From the NCBI GenBank assembly GCA_024278215.1, contig JAJRTR010000150.1, forward strand, positions 1 to 36,647: a stretch of DNA of 36,647 nt. Direction: 5' to 3'. The stretch comes from a bacterium. Lineage in GTDB: Bacteria > UBP15 > UBA6099 > JAJRTR01. Shown piece after piece: positions 1-9,533 of this stretch. The first letter of the stretch is position 1, and each line of letters starts with the position of its first letter. The notes beneath the pieces were generated by a model. It was given only the letters and a program-made list of their open reading frames with translations. It was not told the origin of the DNA and did not search any database. The position numbers were made by a program, and so were the translations under genes.

Positions 1-3000
1 GAACGAGACGACGACGCGCAGCCGTCAAGCTTCGGCAGCTACGAAACTTCTGTCGGTTATCTAGCCATCGAAACAGGCGACGCCGACAACTCGTTACCAA
101 ATCTTGAGGCGCACGCGGACATCACGACAGACAGCGTTCCAAATGTTTTCTACTGGACAATCGTGGATACAGTCGCGCCGATAACAACCACGCCGGCGGT
201 TATATCGACCATAGACACAGTCAATGCCGAAGGTGGAGAAAACGCGGCGCACACGAGGTTGCAGTCCGTCACAGACGCTTCGTTCCAGATACAGGCGGAA
301 GAATGCCGTGACTGCTCTGAAGGCCACTCGGCCGAGGACTACGGCTGGTACGCCATCGAGCCGGGGCTTATCTACGGTCGTAAATATGGAAGCCCCGAGC
401 CTGTCGCCACCGTTAACGCCGAAGAAACAATAATTTATACGACGACTTCGCCGACGATACAGCCGGTAGCCGGTGACGGCGAAGCTTATGACGGCCTCGC
501 CGGGTTCTATGAACTGCTCGGCTTCGAAAATGCGGGCTCCGTCAAATATCAGGTAACGAACGACGGAACCTTCACCAACTGGTACTATCACGACGGCCTC
601 GCGTGGGCTACGGCGACCCTGGGGGTGTCCGAGAGCAACACGTCAATCGAACTGGACGACAATCTGGTCGATTTCAGCGCCGCTTACGGAACAGGCACGT
701 TCTGGTTCAAGGCGTTCCTGATCTCCGACGGCAGCCAGCTTGTGCAACTCGACGGTGTGGGTATTGTAAAAGTCACGGAAAACCAGTCGCACTACATGTT
801 CGCGACAAATACGACTTCCACACCCCTCTTCTATGAAACCGATCAGCCGGCGGCTCTCAATAAGGGCAAACCCTACCTGCTGGCGATGCAGATCGAGCAC
901 GAGGGTGCGACCGGAACATATAACTTCCAGTTGCAGTACAGGAGCAACCCGCCCGCACCCGCCGCGCCCGGCCCATGGACTTCGATCAACCTGACAAGCA
1001 CGGACTGGAAGGCTATCGACGGCCCCTGGGGCAACCATCTCGATCCGGTCACTACCGGCCAGTTCCAGGTCAACGGCGGCGTGGGTACGGGATTCGCGTC
1101 GGACGGCTACTACTCGGAAGAGGGAATCATACAGAACTATCTTTTCGGAAGCGGGACGTTCTACACCGAACTGTGGTACGCCATACAGCCCGATTTAACT
1201 ATTGCGACCGATACATTTAAATTCAGGATTGTAAACGGTGTTTCGCCCAACGGCTTCCGCTACTATGTCTATCCACTCGTGGGGCCGCCGCCTACCGACC
1301 TGACTGTGACAATTACGTCCGACGACGCATATTCCGACGTTACACATGAAAATTTCCCCGTGATCGACATGACCCTGACGTGCAATGACGCCACGACCGG
1401 AACACCATGCAACAGTGGAGACTGGATGCGTTTCGCCTGCGCGGAATCGAGCCTGCCCGGAACACCGTATGTCGCTTATTCCAACACATACAACGGCATC
1501 TTCAACATAACAACCGGCCCGGGCTGCAATACCAACGAAGAGATGAAAGTCATTTATTTCCAGGTCAAAAACGATCTCGATTTTCTGCAAATGTCGCCAG
1601 CGACGGCAACTACTTATTACGACAAAACCGACCCGGTGATCGACAACACGACAACTATCGAAGTGACATCGGATATGGAGCCCTATTTCTACGGCACTGC
1701 CGATGGTCTGACGTGCCTGGGCGACGGAGGCCCTCCAGCCTGTACCACTTGGTTCCAGAATTTGCCCATCGGCGGTGTAAATCAGAATATTACCGTCAAG
1801 GTCGTCGAGGGCACTTATGTCGAGGTCAACCCGTGGAAATTCGTCGGCGACACAGCCTTCGGAGACAGCCCTGCGGCAGACACTTCGGCCGCGGGCGACT
1901 GGACCCAGACATATAACGCGGACGTGGCGATTGTCACTGATCAGAGCAACATAACATTTACATTCCATGATATGGTTTCGCCACTCGGCGGCCATACCGA
2001 CTCTTTCGACATCACGTTCCGCCGCGATGCCGAAATACCGGACCAGGTCGCCGCCGTCACAGGCTACGAGGACATCACAAAACCGCTCCCGACACTCACG
2101 AGCGGCAACTGGTACAATTACCCCAACCCGCTGTTTACCTGGGCGGAACCGGCGGACAACCCGACCGTGCTGCCTTCCGGCATACAGGGTTACTATGTCG
2201 TGTTCTCGACAAATGCCGGCGCAATACCCGTGACGCTGCATACTGCAACACAGGCATGGGCCACCGGACCGCTGGTGGGCGACGCTTCATGGACTTATTA
2301 CCTGAATATCAAAGTCGTCGATAATGTGGGCAACGAAACGAGCGTAAGCAACTTATTTGAATACCGTTACGATTCGGCCTCGCCGACTTTCATCTACAAC
2401 TATCCGGCGGGCGCGGGACTCGGCACAACGTGGTACAACACCGACCCAGGCGCGGTAATAGATGTGGACCTCGGTTTCGGCACGGCCTCGCCGCTCGTCC
2501 ACTACGAATACGACATAAACGGCGGCGGCTGGAACGATATATGGGCAGGCAGCCAGGCAGCCACCTATACGACAAACTGGGCACTGCCGTGGGCCGCGCT
2601 TGCCGATGGAGAGAACCCGATCAACCTGCGCGGCACCGACGAAGCGGGCAACGTGCTTACGGAAATGTTCGCTACAACCGCCACGGGCTTCGTGTTCAGA
2701 AAAGACACTGCTCCCCCGATAATCGACTACAACACGCCCGCCACCGGCAGTCAGACCGTCTGGTACAACGCCGACCCCGGCGCCGCGATTGATGTGGATA
2801 TGCTGTGGTCCAGCAGTTCACCGCTTGTCAACTTCGCCTACAGGATCGAAAACGGCGCATGGACAGATATATGGAGCGGTTCGCAACGTGCCGACTATAC
2901 GACCAACTGGGCGCTGCCGTGGGCAGGCATCAGCGAAGGCAAGATTCAGATCGGGGTGCGCGCGACCGACGCCGCAGGCAATGTCACTACCGACAACTAC

Positions 3001-6000
3001 TCGTCTCTGAAGTCCGGCTTTGTGTTCCGCAAGGACACCATAGAACCCGTCATCGACTACAACACGCCCGCCACCGGCGCGACCACTATCTGGTACAATG
3101 CGGACCCGGGCAATGTCATCGACATAGACCTCGACTGGTCGACCGGCTCGCCACTTGTGCAGTTCGACTACAAGATCGCCGCAGGCGCATGGACCAGTAT
3201 CTGGAGCGGCTCGCAGAGTGCGGACTACACGACCGACTGGGCCGTCTCCTGGGCTGCGCTCGCGGAAGGCGAAAACGAAATCAGCCTGCGCGGCATCGAC
3301 ACCGCGGGCAATGTGAACACCGACAACTACTCGCTGGCCGCGGCCGGTTTCATTATCCGGAGGGATACTAAGGAACCTATCATAAAATACAATTCACCCG
3401 CTACCGGCACTACTATCACCACATGGTACGGTGCCGACCCGGGCAATATCATCGACATAGACCTGGAATGGGCTTCGGGTTCGCCGTATACAAGATTCAG
3501 GTACCAGATCGGCGCGGGCGCGTGGACGGATATCTGGAGCGGCTCGCAGAGCGCGGACTACACGACCGACTGGGCCGTCTCCTGGGCTGCGCTCGCCGAC
3601 GGCGAAAACCAGATCAGTATCGACGCCGACGACGACGCGGGCAATACGAATACCGACAATTACGCGGCAGGCGTGGCGGGCTTCATTATCAGGAAAGATA
3701 CGGTCGATCCGATTATCGACTACAACACGCCCGCCACGGGCAGCCAGACTGTCTGGTACAACGCCGACCCCGGTGCCGTAATCGACATTGATATGCTGTG
3801 GGCCAGCGGTTCGCCGCTTGTCAACTTCGCCTACAGGATCGAAAACGGCGCGTGGACGGACATCTGGAACGGTTCGCAGAGCGCCGACTATACGACCGAC
3901 TGGGCGCTGCCGTGGGCAAGTATCAGTGAAGGGCTGATACAGATCGGCGTGCGCGCGACCGACGCCGCCGGAAGGGTCACCACCTACGACTACGCGGCGG
4001 GCACGGCCGGCTTCATATTCAGAAAAGATATTACCGAACCAGTGATAAACTACAATTCGCCCGCCACCGGCGCGACTATCGTTACGTGGTACAGCGCCGA
4101 CCCGGGCAACATTATCGACATTGACCTCGACTGGTCGACCGGTTCGCCGCTTGTGCAACTCGACTACCAGATCGGCGCGGGCGCGTGGACCAGCGTCTGG
4201 AGCGGCTCGCAGAGCGCCGACTACACGACCGACTGGGCCGTCTCCTGGGCCGCGCTCGCCGACGGCGAAAACCAGATCAGCCTCCGCGGGATCGATACTG
4301 CGGGCAACATCAACACGGACAGCTATGCGGCTGGCTCGGCCGGGTTTATTTTCAGGAAAGACACACAGGCGCCGGATACGCCTGTAGCAGTCAACGGTTG
4401 GGACACCTCGGCCAAGGGCACGGCCATAACTTCGGGCAACAGCTACGATTATGACTACCCGTATTTCGAGTGGGCTCAGCCGAGCGACAATCCGGCGGCA
4501 CCCAACGCGGGCCTTACAGGTTATTACGTCGCCTTCGCGACCAACACGAGTTTCGACATAACGGCCACCGCGCCGCTTGCCGTCGGCTCGGAAGCCATGG
4601 CCGCCGCGCCACCCGAATGCGGCGCGACCTACACCCTCTACATGAAGACATACGACAACGCCGTCCCCCCGAACGTGTCGGCGACAGCATCGCTGTTCAC
4701 ATATTATTATGACTGCGGTGTCGACCCGGACTACCTCGCTGTCGTTCCTCAGGACGATGCGATCATCACAGCCGACACGCAGGCGACCGACTGGTGCTAC
4801 GGCACGGACTGTTCTGTCGCCTGCAATTACGGCGGCAATGACCGCTGGTGCACCGACAAGGCAGTGCGCTATATCCTCAACAAGCCGGATTATGTGAAGT
4901 ATGACAACGGCGCGACGATTCAACGCTCACTCACGAATATCGCCGACGAAACACCACCGGCAACTACCGAATGGTCGTGGGACCCCAACGACTACCGCAT
5001 TATTTTGTTCGACGATCCAACCACCGGCGCAACGGTTACATATACACCTTACGGCGGCAGCGAGGAAATATGCGTCAGTCTCTATGACGCTTCCGATACC
5101 CTTATGGTCAGCACTCCCTACGAAAACGTAGATGTGCAACTCGACCTGACGAACGCCCCCGGCTCGGGCAAGGACATCGCGGAACACGGCTCGACCGACT
5201 TCCTCGCCTACACCACACCTGCCGCGGGCGACTTCACCCCACTGAACCAGACAACCGTCAAGGGCCAGCTCAACGGCGCGAAGGCCTGCGTCATACTCAC
5301 CGCCGACAGTCTGCCCACCGACACGCCCAATACACCGATCACTGTCACCGCGACTTATTTCGATAAAGACACCGGCTTCGCTTCCACGCTCGCCCAGATC
5401 GGCGGCGCACAGGCCACTGCGCTGGTATACATAAGATTTGCAACCGGCGTGGCTTCGGGCGCCACCGGCTTCGGCGGCTACACATCCGTCGACGACGCCT
5501 TCACTCCCAGCCCCAACATGGCCACACAGGGCATAGTCCTCGCGCCCGACTGGAGTAACGACGGCAGCCATATCGTTTTCAACTCGATGCAGTCCAGCCC
5601 CTGCGACGGCAACGCCGCCACCGGACAAACACCCTACAACAGCTTCAATCTCTACACGCTCGAAATGTCCGGCGGCCTCCTCACCAACTGCGTGCGCCTC
5701 ACACGGAACTCCACCGACGGCGTCGACGACTACGGGCCCGCCCCATACTCGGAAACCACGTGGAGCCCGGCCAACGACAAGGTCGTTTTCGCTGCTCGCG
5801 ACGTCAACCTTTTCGGAGTAGACAAACTCTTCTGGGTCAGCGCGACATCGGCGGTAGGCGCGGCTACAGGCTCACAGTATAACTACCCCGTCGCAGACCC
5901 CAACATGATGTCCGACATGCTGACAGCGGACGCCGGCATCGGCGACACTGTGATAAACGTCTCTTTCGCCGGCGGCTTCACCATCGGAAAACAGGTCATA

Positions 6001-7995
6001 ATCGGACCCGGCGACGGCATGGTGACAATGACCTACACATCCTACGAAATCCGCACAATCACAGCAGTTGACGCGGGAGCGAACACAATTACAATCGACT
6101 CACCGCTGACAGCCGCGGTTCTGGCATGGGACGGCGTCACAGGCGATGTCGGGCTGGTACAATCACCACCCACTCTAAGGTCGATGAGACAGAACATAGT
6201 GCCGCTCGTCGACGCCGCCCAGTGGCTCGACCCCGACTGGGCACCCGACAACGCTTCATGCAACGCCACTTACAAAGACACCATGATCGCCGTGCGCATA
6301 CCCTCGGCCGACACGGAAGACACACTCCACTTCGCAGGTGGTACCGTGCAGGATACATTCAACACCAACTCACCCTCGACCGCCGCCAACATCGTATGGA
6401 TATCCGGCACCAAAGACGCCAACAACATGTTCAAGATCAGACAGGACGCAACCAACCTGTCGGACCTCAACAAAATCACAGACTTCCCCGTCGCAGACAA
6501 AATATGGCCCCTGAAACCTAAATTCTCACCCGACTGCACCATGATCTCATTCCTCGCCTGGGACCGCTCGACATCCACCGACCCGCCGCAGACCAGCGTC
6601 TACATCATCAACCTCGAAAACAACTCCGCAGGCTTCGTCAAAGCCGCACTGCCCATAACATCTCTCACGGACGCTGGCGTATACGAAGTCTACGACTACG
6701 CTTCCGGCACCTACTCCGCCTTCGCGCCCAACTGGTCCGCGGACGGCAAACTCGTATCATACGCCATCGACAAATCGCAAACTTTCAACTATGTCGACTT
6801 CATAAACAACTCTCTGAACTCAGTAGTCGAAAACATCTTCAGCGGCACGGACTTCGACATGTACCTCGAATACATCATGGACCAGCCGCCCAGCCAGGGC
6901 GCCCTGTTCGCCCCGCAGATCGTCGGGCGCGTCAACGCCAACGAACTCAGCCTCGTCCAGTGCCCCGGCAACCTCGCCGGCTCCACATGCCCCGACGGCC
7001 CCAACTTCCCATTAATACACGTAACCCAGATGATCAACTCCGGAGGCTCATTCCTGCGCCTGCTCAAACTCACCGACGAATCCACCGTTTCCGACGAAGG
7101 CGGCATACTCTTCCAGGACGGACTCGTCACCGCCGTATTCCCGCCCACAGTCGTCGCAAGCGACACCGTATTCTGGAACGAAGACCCCGACGCATACTGC
7201 GGCAGCCCCAACGCGGGCGGCCCCAACTGCGCCGTAGACCCCAACACCGAATTCATCGTCCAGGCAGGCGAAGCCCGCGAATACTTCCCCGACGGCACAA
7301 ACTTCGACTCCTATGTGCGCCTCATTTTCCACTACTGCGACAACGACAACGACGAATACCTCGACGCCAACACAGAAGGAATAATCGCGGCTACCAGCGG
7401 CGGTCCCTTCACCTACGACCCGCTCACCGGCGACTGCAAAATCAACGGAGTCGGCACCAGCGGCGGCACTATCGACGTGGACACCGTCGCCGTCTACAAC
7501 TGGGACAGCACGAACTCGCAATGGACACGCATGGAAGGCACCGTCGACAAGAACAATAAAACAATCACCGTCTTCACTACACACTTCTCGCGCTACGACA
7601 CACTCGGCTTCCGCTACGCGCAGCAGGCAATAATCGAACCCCTCGCTCTCAACAATGTACACACATACCCCAACCCCTACGTCGCGGGCCGACACACAGG
7701 CGGCATCACCTTCGCCGCCGACAGCGTCAACGGCAACTCGGCTGTCGACCTCAATATCAGGATATACGACATACGCGGCTCTCTCGTGACGACACTCATC
7801 CAGCACATAACCGACATAAAAGCCACACAGGATACGACCACAGCATCGAACAGCTACACACTGCTGAACTGGCCGCAGCCCGTCAACGCCGCCGGGCGCC
7901 ACCTCGCGTCCGGCATCTATCTCTACTATCTCTACGCCCGCGACGAAAACGGCTACGAAGTAACGCACAAAGGCAAGTTTACCGTAGTAAGATGA
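1..7995 (+). CDS. Giant secreted/cell-surface multidomain protein (5'-truncated): tandem Ig-like repeats, TolB/PD40-like propeller, HFS-motif domain, C-terminal FlgD-Ig/T9SS-CTD-like domain
   Basis: The frame is open from base 1 (ERDDDAQPSSFGSY...) through the 163..7995 ORF, so the start lies upstream of the window. Composition is T/D/G/A/S/N-rich. PD40-like motifs: PDWSNDG, WSPANDK, PKFSPDC, PNWSADG. C-terminus: YPNP...IRIYDIRGSLV...LASGIYLY...KGKFTVVR. Confidence 0.85.
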   Translation, partial: ERDDDAQPSSFGSYETSVGYLAIETGDADNSLPNLEAHADITTDSVPNVFYWTIVDTVAPITTTPAVISTIDTVNAEGGENAAHTRLQSVTDASFQIQAEECRDCSEGHSAEDYGWYAIEPGLIYGRKYGSPEPVATVNAEETIIYTTTSPTIQPVAGDGEAYDGLAGFYELLGFENAGSVKYQVTNDGTFTNWYYHDGLAWATATLGVSESNTSIELDDNLVDFSAAYGTGTFWFKAFLISDGSQLVQLDGVGIVKVTENQSHYMFATNTTSTPLFYETDQPAALNKGKPYLLAMQIEHEGATGTYNFQLQYRSNPPAPAAPGPWTSINLTSTDWKAIDGPWGNHLDPVTTGQFQVNGGVGTGFASDGYYSEEGIIQNYLFGSGTFYTELWYAIQPDLTIATDTFKFRIVNGVSPNGFRYYVYPLVGPPPTDLTVTITSDDAYSDVTHENFPVIDMTLTCNDATTGTPCNSGDWMRFACAESSLPGTPYVAYSNTYNGIFNITTGPGCNTNEEMKVIYFQVKNDLDFLQMSPATATTYYDKTDPVIDNTTTIEVTSDMEPYFYGTADGLTCLGDGGPPACTTWFQNLPIGGVNQNITVKVVEGTYVEVNPWKFVGDTAFGDSPAADTSAAGDWTQTYNADVAIVTDQSNITFTFHDMVSPLGGHTDSFDITFRRDAEIPDQVAAVTGYEDITKPLPTLTSGNWYNYPNPLFTWAEPADNPTVLPSGIQGYYVVFSTNAGAIPVTLHTATQAWATGPLVGDASWTYYLNIKVVDNVGNETSVSNLFEYRYDSASPTFIYNYPAGAGLGTTWYNTDPGAVIDVDLGFGTASPLVHYEYDINGGGWNDIWAGSQAATYTTNWALPWAALADGENPINLRGTDEAGNVLTEMFATTATGFVFRKDTAPPIIDYNTPATGSQTVWYNADPGAAIDVDMLWSSSSPLVNFAYRIENGAWTDIWSGSQRADYTTNWALPWAGISEGKIQIGVRATDAAGNVTTDNYSSLKSGFVFRKDTIEPVIDYNTPATGATTIWYNADPGNVIDIDLDWSTGSPLVQFDYKIAAGAWTSIWSGSQSADYTTDWAVSWAALAEGENEISLRGIDTAGNVNTDNYSLAAAGFIIRRDTKEPIIKYNSPATGTTITTWYGADPGNIIDIDLEWASGSPYTRFRYQIGAGAWTDIWSGSQSADYTTDWAVSWAALADGENQISIDADDDAGNTNTDNYAAGVAGFIIRKDTVDPIIDYNTPATGSQTVWYNADPGAVIDIDMLWASGSPLVNFAYRIENGAWTDIWNGSQSADYTTDWALPWASISEGLIQIGVRATDAAGRVTTYDYAAGTAGFIFRKDITEPVINYNSPATGATIVTWYSADPGNIIDIDLDWSTGSPLVQLDYQIGAGAWTSVWSGSQSADYTTDWAVSWAALADGENQISLRGIDTAGNINTDSYAAGSAGFIFRKDTQAPDTPVAVNGWDTSAKGTAITSGNSYDYDYPYFEWAQPSDNPAAPNAGLTGYYVAFATNTSFDITATAPLAVGSEAMAAAPPECGATYTLYMKTYDNAVPPNVSATASLFTYYYDCGVDPDYLAVVPQDDAIITADTQATDWCYGTDCSVACNYGGNDRWCTDKAVRYILNKPDYVKYDNGATIQRSLTNIADETPPATTEWSWDPNDYRIILFDDPTTGATVTYTPYGGSEEICVSLYDASDTLMVSTPYENVDVQLDLTNAPGSGKDIAEHGSTDFLAYTTPAAGDFTPLNQTTVKGQLNGAKACVILTADSLPTDTPNTPITVTATYFDKDTGFASTLAQIGGAQATALVYIRFATGVASGATGFGGYTSVDDAFTPSPNMATQGIVLAPDWSNDGSHIVFNSMQSSPCDGNAATGQTPYNSFNLYTLEMSGGLLTNCVRLTRNSTDGVDDYGPAPYSETTWSPANDKVVFAARDVNLFGVDKLFWVSATSAVGAATGSQYNYPVADPNMMSDMLTADAGIGDTVINVSFAGGFTIGKQVIIGPGDGMVTMTYTSYEIRTITAVDAGANTITIDSPLTAAVLAWDGVTGDVGLVQSPPTLRSMRQNIVPLVDAAQWLDPDWAPDNASCNATYKDTMIAVRIPSADTEDTLHFAGGTVQDTFNTNSPSTAANIVWISGTKDANNMFKIRQDATNLSDLNKITDFPVADKIWPLKPKFSPDCTMISFLAWDRSTSTDPPQTSVYIINLENNSAGFVKAALPITSLTDAGVYEVYDYASGTYSAFAPNWSADGKLVSYAIDKSQTFNYVDFINNSLNSVVENIFSGTDFDMYLEYIMDQPPSQGALFAPQIVGRVNANELSLVQCPGNLAGSTCPDGPNFPLIHVTQMINSGGSFLRLLKLTDESTVSDEGGILFQDGLVTAVFPPTVVASDTVFWNEDPDAYCGSPNAGGPNCAVDPNTEFIVQAGEAREYFPDGTNFDSYVRLIFHYCDNDNDEYLDANTEGIIAATSGGPFTYDPLTGDCKINGVGTSGGTIDVDTVAVYNWDSTNSQWTRMEGTVDKNNKTITVFTTHFSRYDTLGFRYAQQAIIEPLALNNVHTYPNPYVAGRHTGGITFAADSVNGNSAVDLNIRIYDIRGSLVTTLIQHITDIKATQDTTTASNSYTLLNWPQPVNAAGRHLASGIYLYYLYARDENGYEVTHKGKFTVVR
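2368..4356 (+). repeat. Six in-frame tandem repeats of 330-333 bp (110-111 aa) inside the giant gene
   Basis: Unit boundaries at (R/K)(K/R)D(T/I)xxP near 2701, 3031, 3361, 3694, 4024 and 4357. Recurring motifs WYxxDPGxxIDxD, W(S/N)GSQxADYTTxW and DxAG. Confidence 0.95.
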
Positions 7996-8074
7996 TTTCT
8001 TATAAAGGTTTGCAAGCCGCCCGCAAAATCGGCAGGCGGCAAAATTCAAAAAATGTTCAGTACAACACACACTT

Positions 8075-8253
8075 GAGCCAATTGCAAAATTATGATTCTG
8101 CTGCGGTCGGCTGCAATTGTCCATAGCTGCGTTGTCGGCAGAAAATCATCCTCAACGTACTCGGTGAGTACGCCTGCGGGAATTTTGCACCTCCGCCTTG
8201 CTTCTGAAAAATTTCGTTCGACCTCGCTTCGAACATAATTTTGCAATTTCCTC
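8075..8253. mobile_element. MITE-like element family A, copy 1 (~179 bp)
   Basis: Terminal inverted repeats gagccaattgcaaaattatg / cataattttgcaatttcctc. Near-identical to 28606-28783 and, inverted, to 36507-36647. Confidence 0.85.
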
Positions 8254-8354
8254 GTATAGTTACGACTATCATGTACAAAGGAAAGAACACCTTATTGTCG
8301 TGTCAACGATGAAAAGACGTAAGAAAATAATTTAGGGGAAGGAACAGAAAAAAT

Positions 8355-8449
8355 GTAGGGCGCGGTCACCGCAACCCGCCTTAACTTCTGGTCGTACAAA
8401 CAGTTATGCGTAATATATGCTCAGGCGCGATACGGTTACCGCACCCTTG
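8355..8449. repeat. REPIN-like inverted doublet of GTAG-type REP sequences (degenerate)
   Basis: gtagggcgcggtcaccgcaacccgcc (8355-8380) faces ggcgcgatacggttaccgcaccct (8424-8447), an imperfect inverted copy about 45 bp away. Confidence 0.5.
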
Positions 8450-8604
8450 TCTACACTCAAAACGTCGATACAAAGTTGACACAACACCATGTTGTTTCAC
8501 GATTTCATATACGCAATTTCTATTGATAACCGCTATAATAGCCGAATGCGATTTTCGCCTCTTCCTTTAAATTACGTGAAACTCATATTACAATATTTCT
8601 TTGC

Positions 8605-8679
8605 CGGGGAGTAGCACAGCCAGGTCAGCGCGCGTGCTTTGGGAGCACGAGGTCAGGGGTTCAAATCCCCTCTCCCCGA
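8605..8679 (+). tRNA. tRNA-Pro (anticodon TGG), CCA not encoded
   Basis: Acceptor stem CGGGGAG/CTCCCCG plus discriminator A; anticodon arm CGTGC-TT-TGG-GA-GCACG; T arm AGGGG-TTCAAAT-CCCCT. Confidence 0.97.
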
Positions 8680-8770
8680 TTTTTTTCAACTGCCTCCGCA
8701 ATCATCACATTTTTTATCGCTTATGCCGATAGAAGTGTTGCCGCACAGTTCCGGGGAACCCGGCAGGAAC

Positions 8771-8805
8771 TTTTTACCCGCATATTCAACAAATGCGGGT
8801 AAAAA
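8771..8805. repeat. Short palindromic repeat (acccgcat-N9-atgcgggt), copy 1 of 3
   Basis: tttttacccgcatattcaacaaatgcgggtaaaaa; related copies at 10256-10285 and 28118-28147. Confidence 0.75.
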
Positions 8806-8889
8806 ACAGCCGGTCGGAGACCACGATGATCTATTATGCACATGTGAAGCAAGGTGAGGGATAAGAAGATTCAGTAAACAGGATGGATG

Positions 8890-9513
8890 TTAGCTGTTGC
8901 GTATTTTTTCTTTGCGGTTTTTTCGCAACTTTTTCAGCTCTTTAACAACATTTCGCCAGTTCGAGAAATATTTTAACAGCATCTTGTGAAAATCAGGCGC
9001 TTTTTTTTTGATTTCTCTTTCATCAAGCGTATCCATTTTTTTAAGGCGTTCGAGCAGTAGATGCCTGTACCAGTTCTTTCGTCTTTTCGCCTTTTCCTCG
9101 CGACCGATACATATAACCTCGTTGTAGTCGTACCCTAGTTTTTCGAGCGCCTTTTTCCAACTGCCGAAGTAGTTGCTCGCAGCCGCCACAAGTGCGGGGT
9201 ACTTCTCCTTCATGAAAGCATTGCTGAGGTCCTTTTCCTTTTCAGCGACAGCCTGTATATCCTGAAGGACTTTACCTTCTGTCCATACGCGAACTTTTTC
9301 CTTGCGACGGGTTTCGGATATCCGCCTGATGTTGCTGTAGTCAAGTCCGGCGGCCTTTATGGCAGCGCCCCAACTGCCGAAATATCGTGTTGCGGCACCC
9401 ACCAGCGCACTGTCGGTTTTTTTCACCGTCGCACATGTCATATCGACATCCAGCTCATACAGCTTGAGTATCCTGTCGATAATCTTCTCTTTGCTCCACC
9501 TGGCCTTCGCCAT
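8890..9513 (-). CDS. Basic protein with three helical repeats resembling the homing-endonuclease-associated repeat (YFGSW motif); probable DNA-binding protein, no nuclease domain seen
   Basis: Repeats W(S/T)xxKI...LVxAAxxYFGSWxxA..xGxDY twice, plus a degenerate YFSNW copy. ATG 9513 is preferred over GTG 9519 because AGGAG lies 5 nt upstream of it. Confidence 0.7.
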   Translation of the reverse strand: MAKARWSKEKIIDRILKLYELDVDMTCATVKKTDSALVGAATRYFGSWGAAIKAAGLDYSNIRRISETRRKEKVRVWTEGKVLQDIQAVAEKEKDLSNAFMKEKYPALVAAASNYFGSWKKALEKLGYDYNEVICIGREEKAKRRKNWYRHLLLERLKKMDTLDEREIKKKAPDFHKMLLKYFSNWRNVVKELKKLRKNRKEKIRNS

Positions 9514-9533
9514 TTCCACTCCTGATTGGAACT

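Noticed and set aside
2368..4356. CRISPR array or DGR template/variable repeat pair
   Set aside because: The repeats are 330-333-bp in-frame coding units without spacers. Differences include many C/T synonymous changes rather than adenine-specific ones, and no cas or reverse transcriptase gene is present.
8016..8046. Intrinsic terminator after the giant gene
   Set aside because: A GC stem (gccgcc...ggcggc) is present but is followed by A residues, not a U-tract; too weak to call.
1195..8124. Long antisense and alternate-frame ORFs (e.g. 3394..4923, 7048..8124, 1195..2241)
   Set aside because: Shadow ORFs caused by the biased codon usage of the giant gene; no recognisable motifs.
8046..8290. 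Small similar ORFs at 8046..8246, 28577..28798 and the end of 36307..36597 that look like a peptide family
   Set aside because: They are translations of family A MITE copies; start and stop positions are not conserved between copies.
8605..8679. tRNA-Pro as the attachment site of an integrated island
   Set aside because: No integrase and no duplicated tRNA 3' end was seen in the window.
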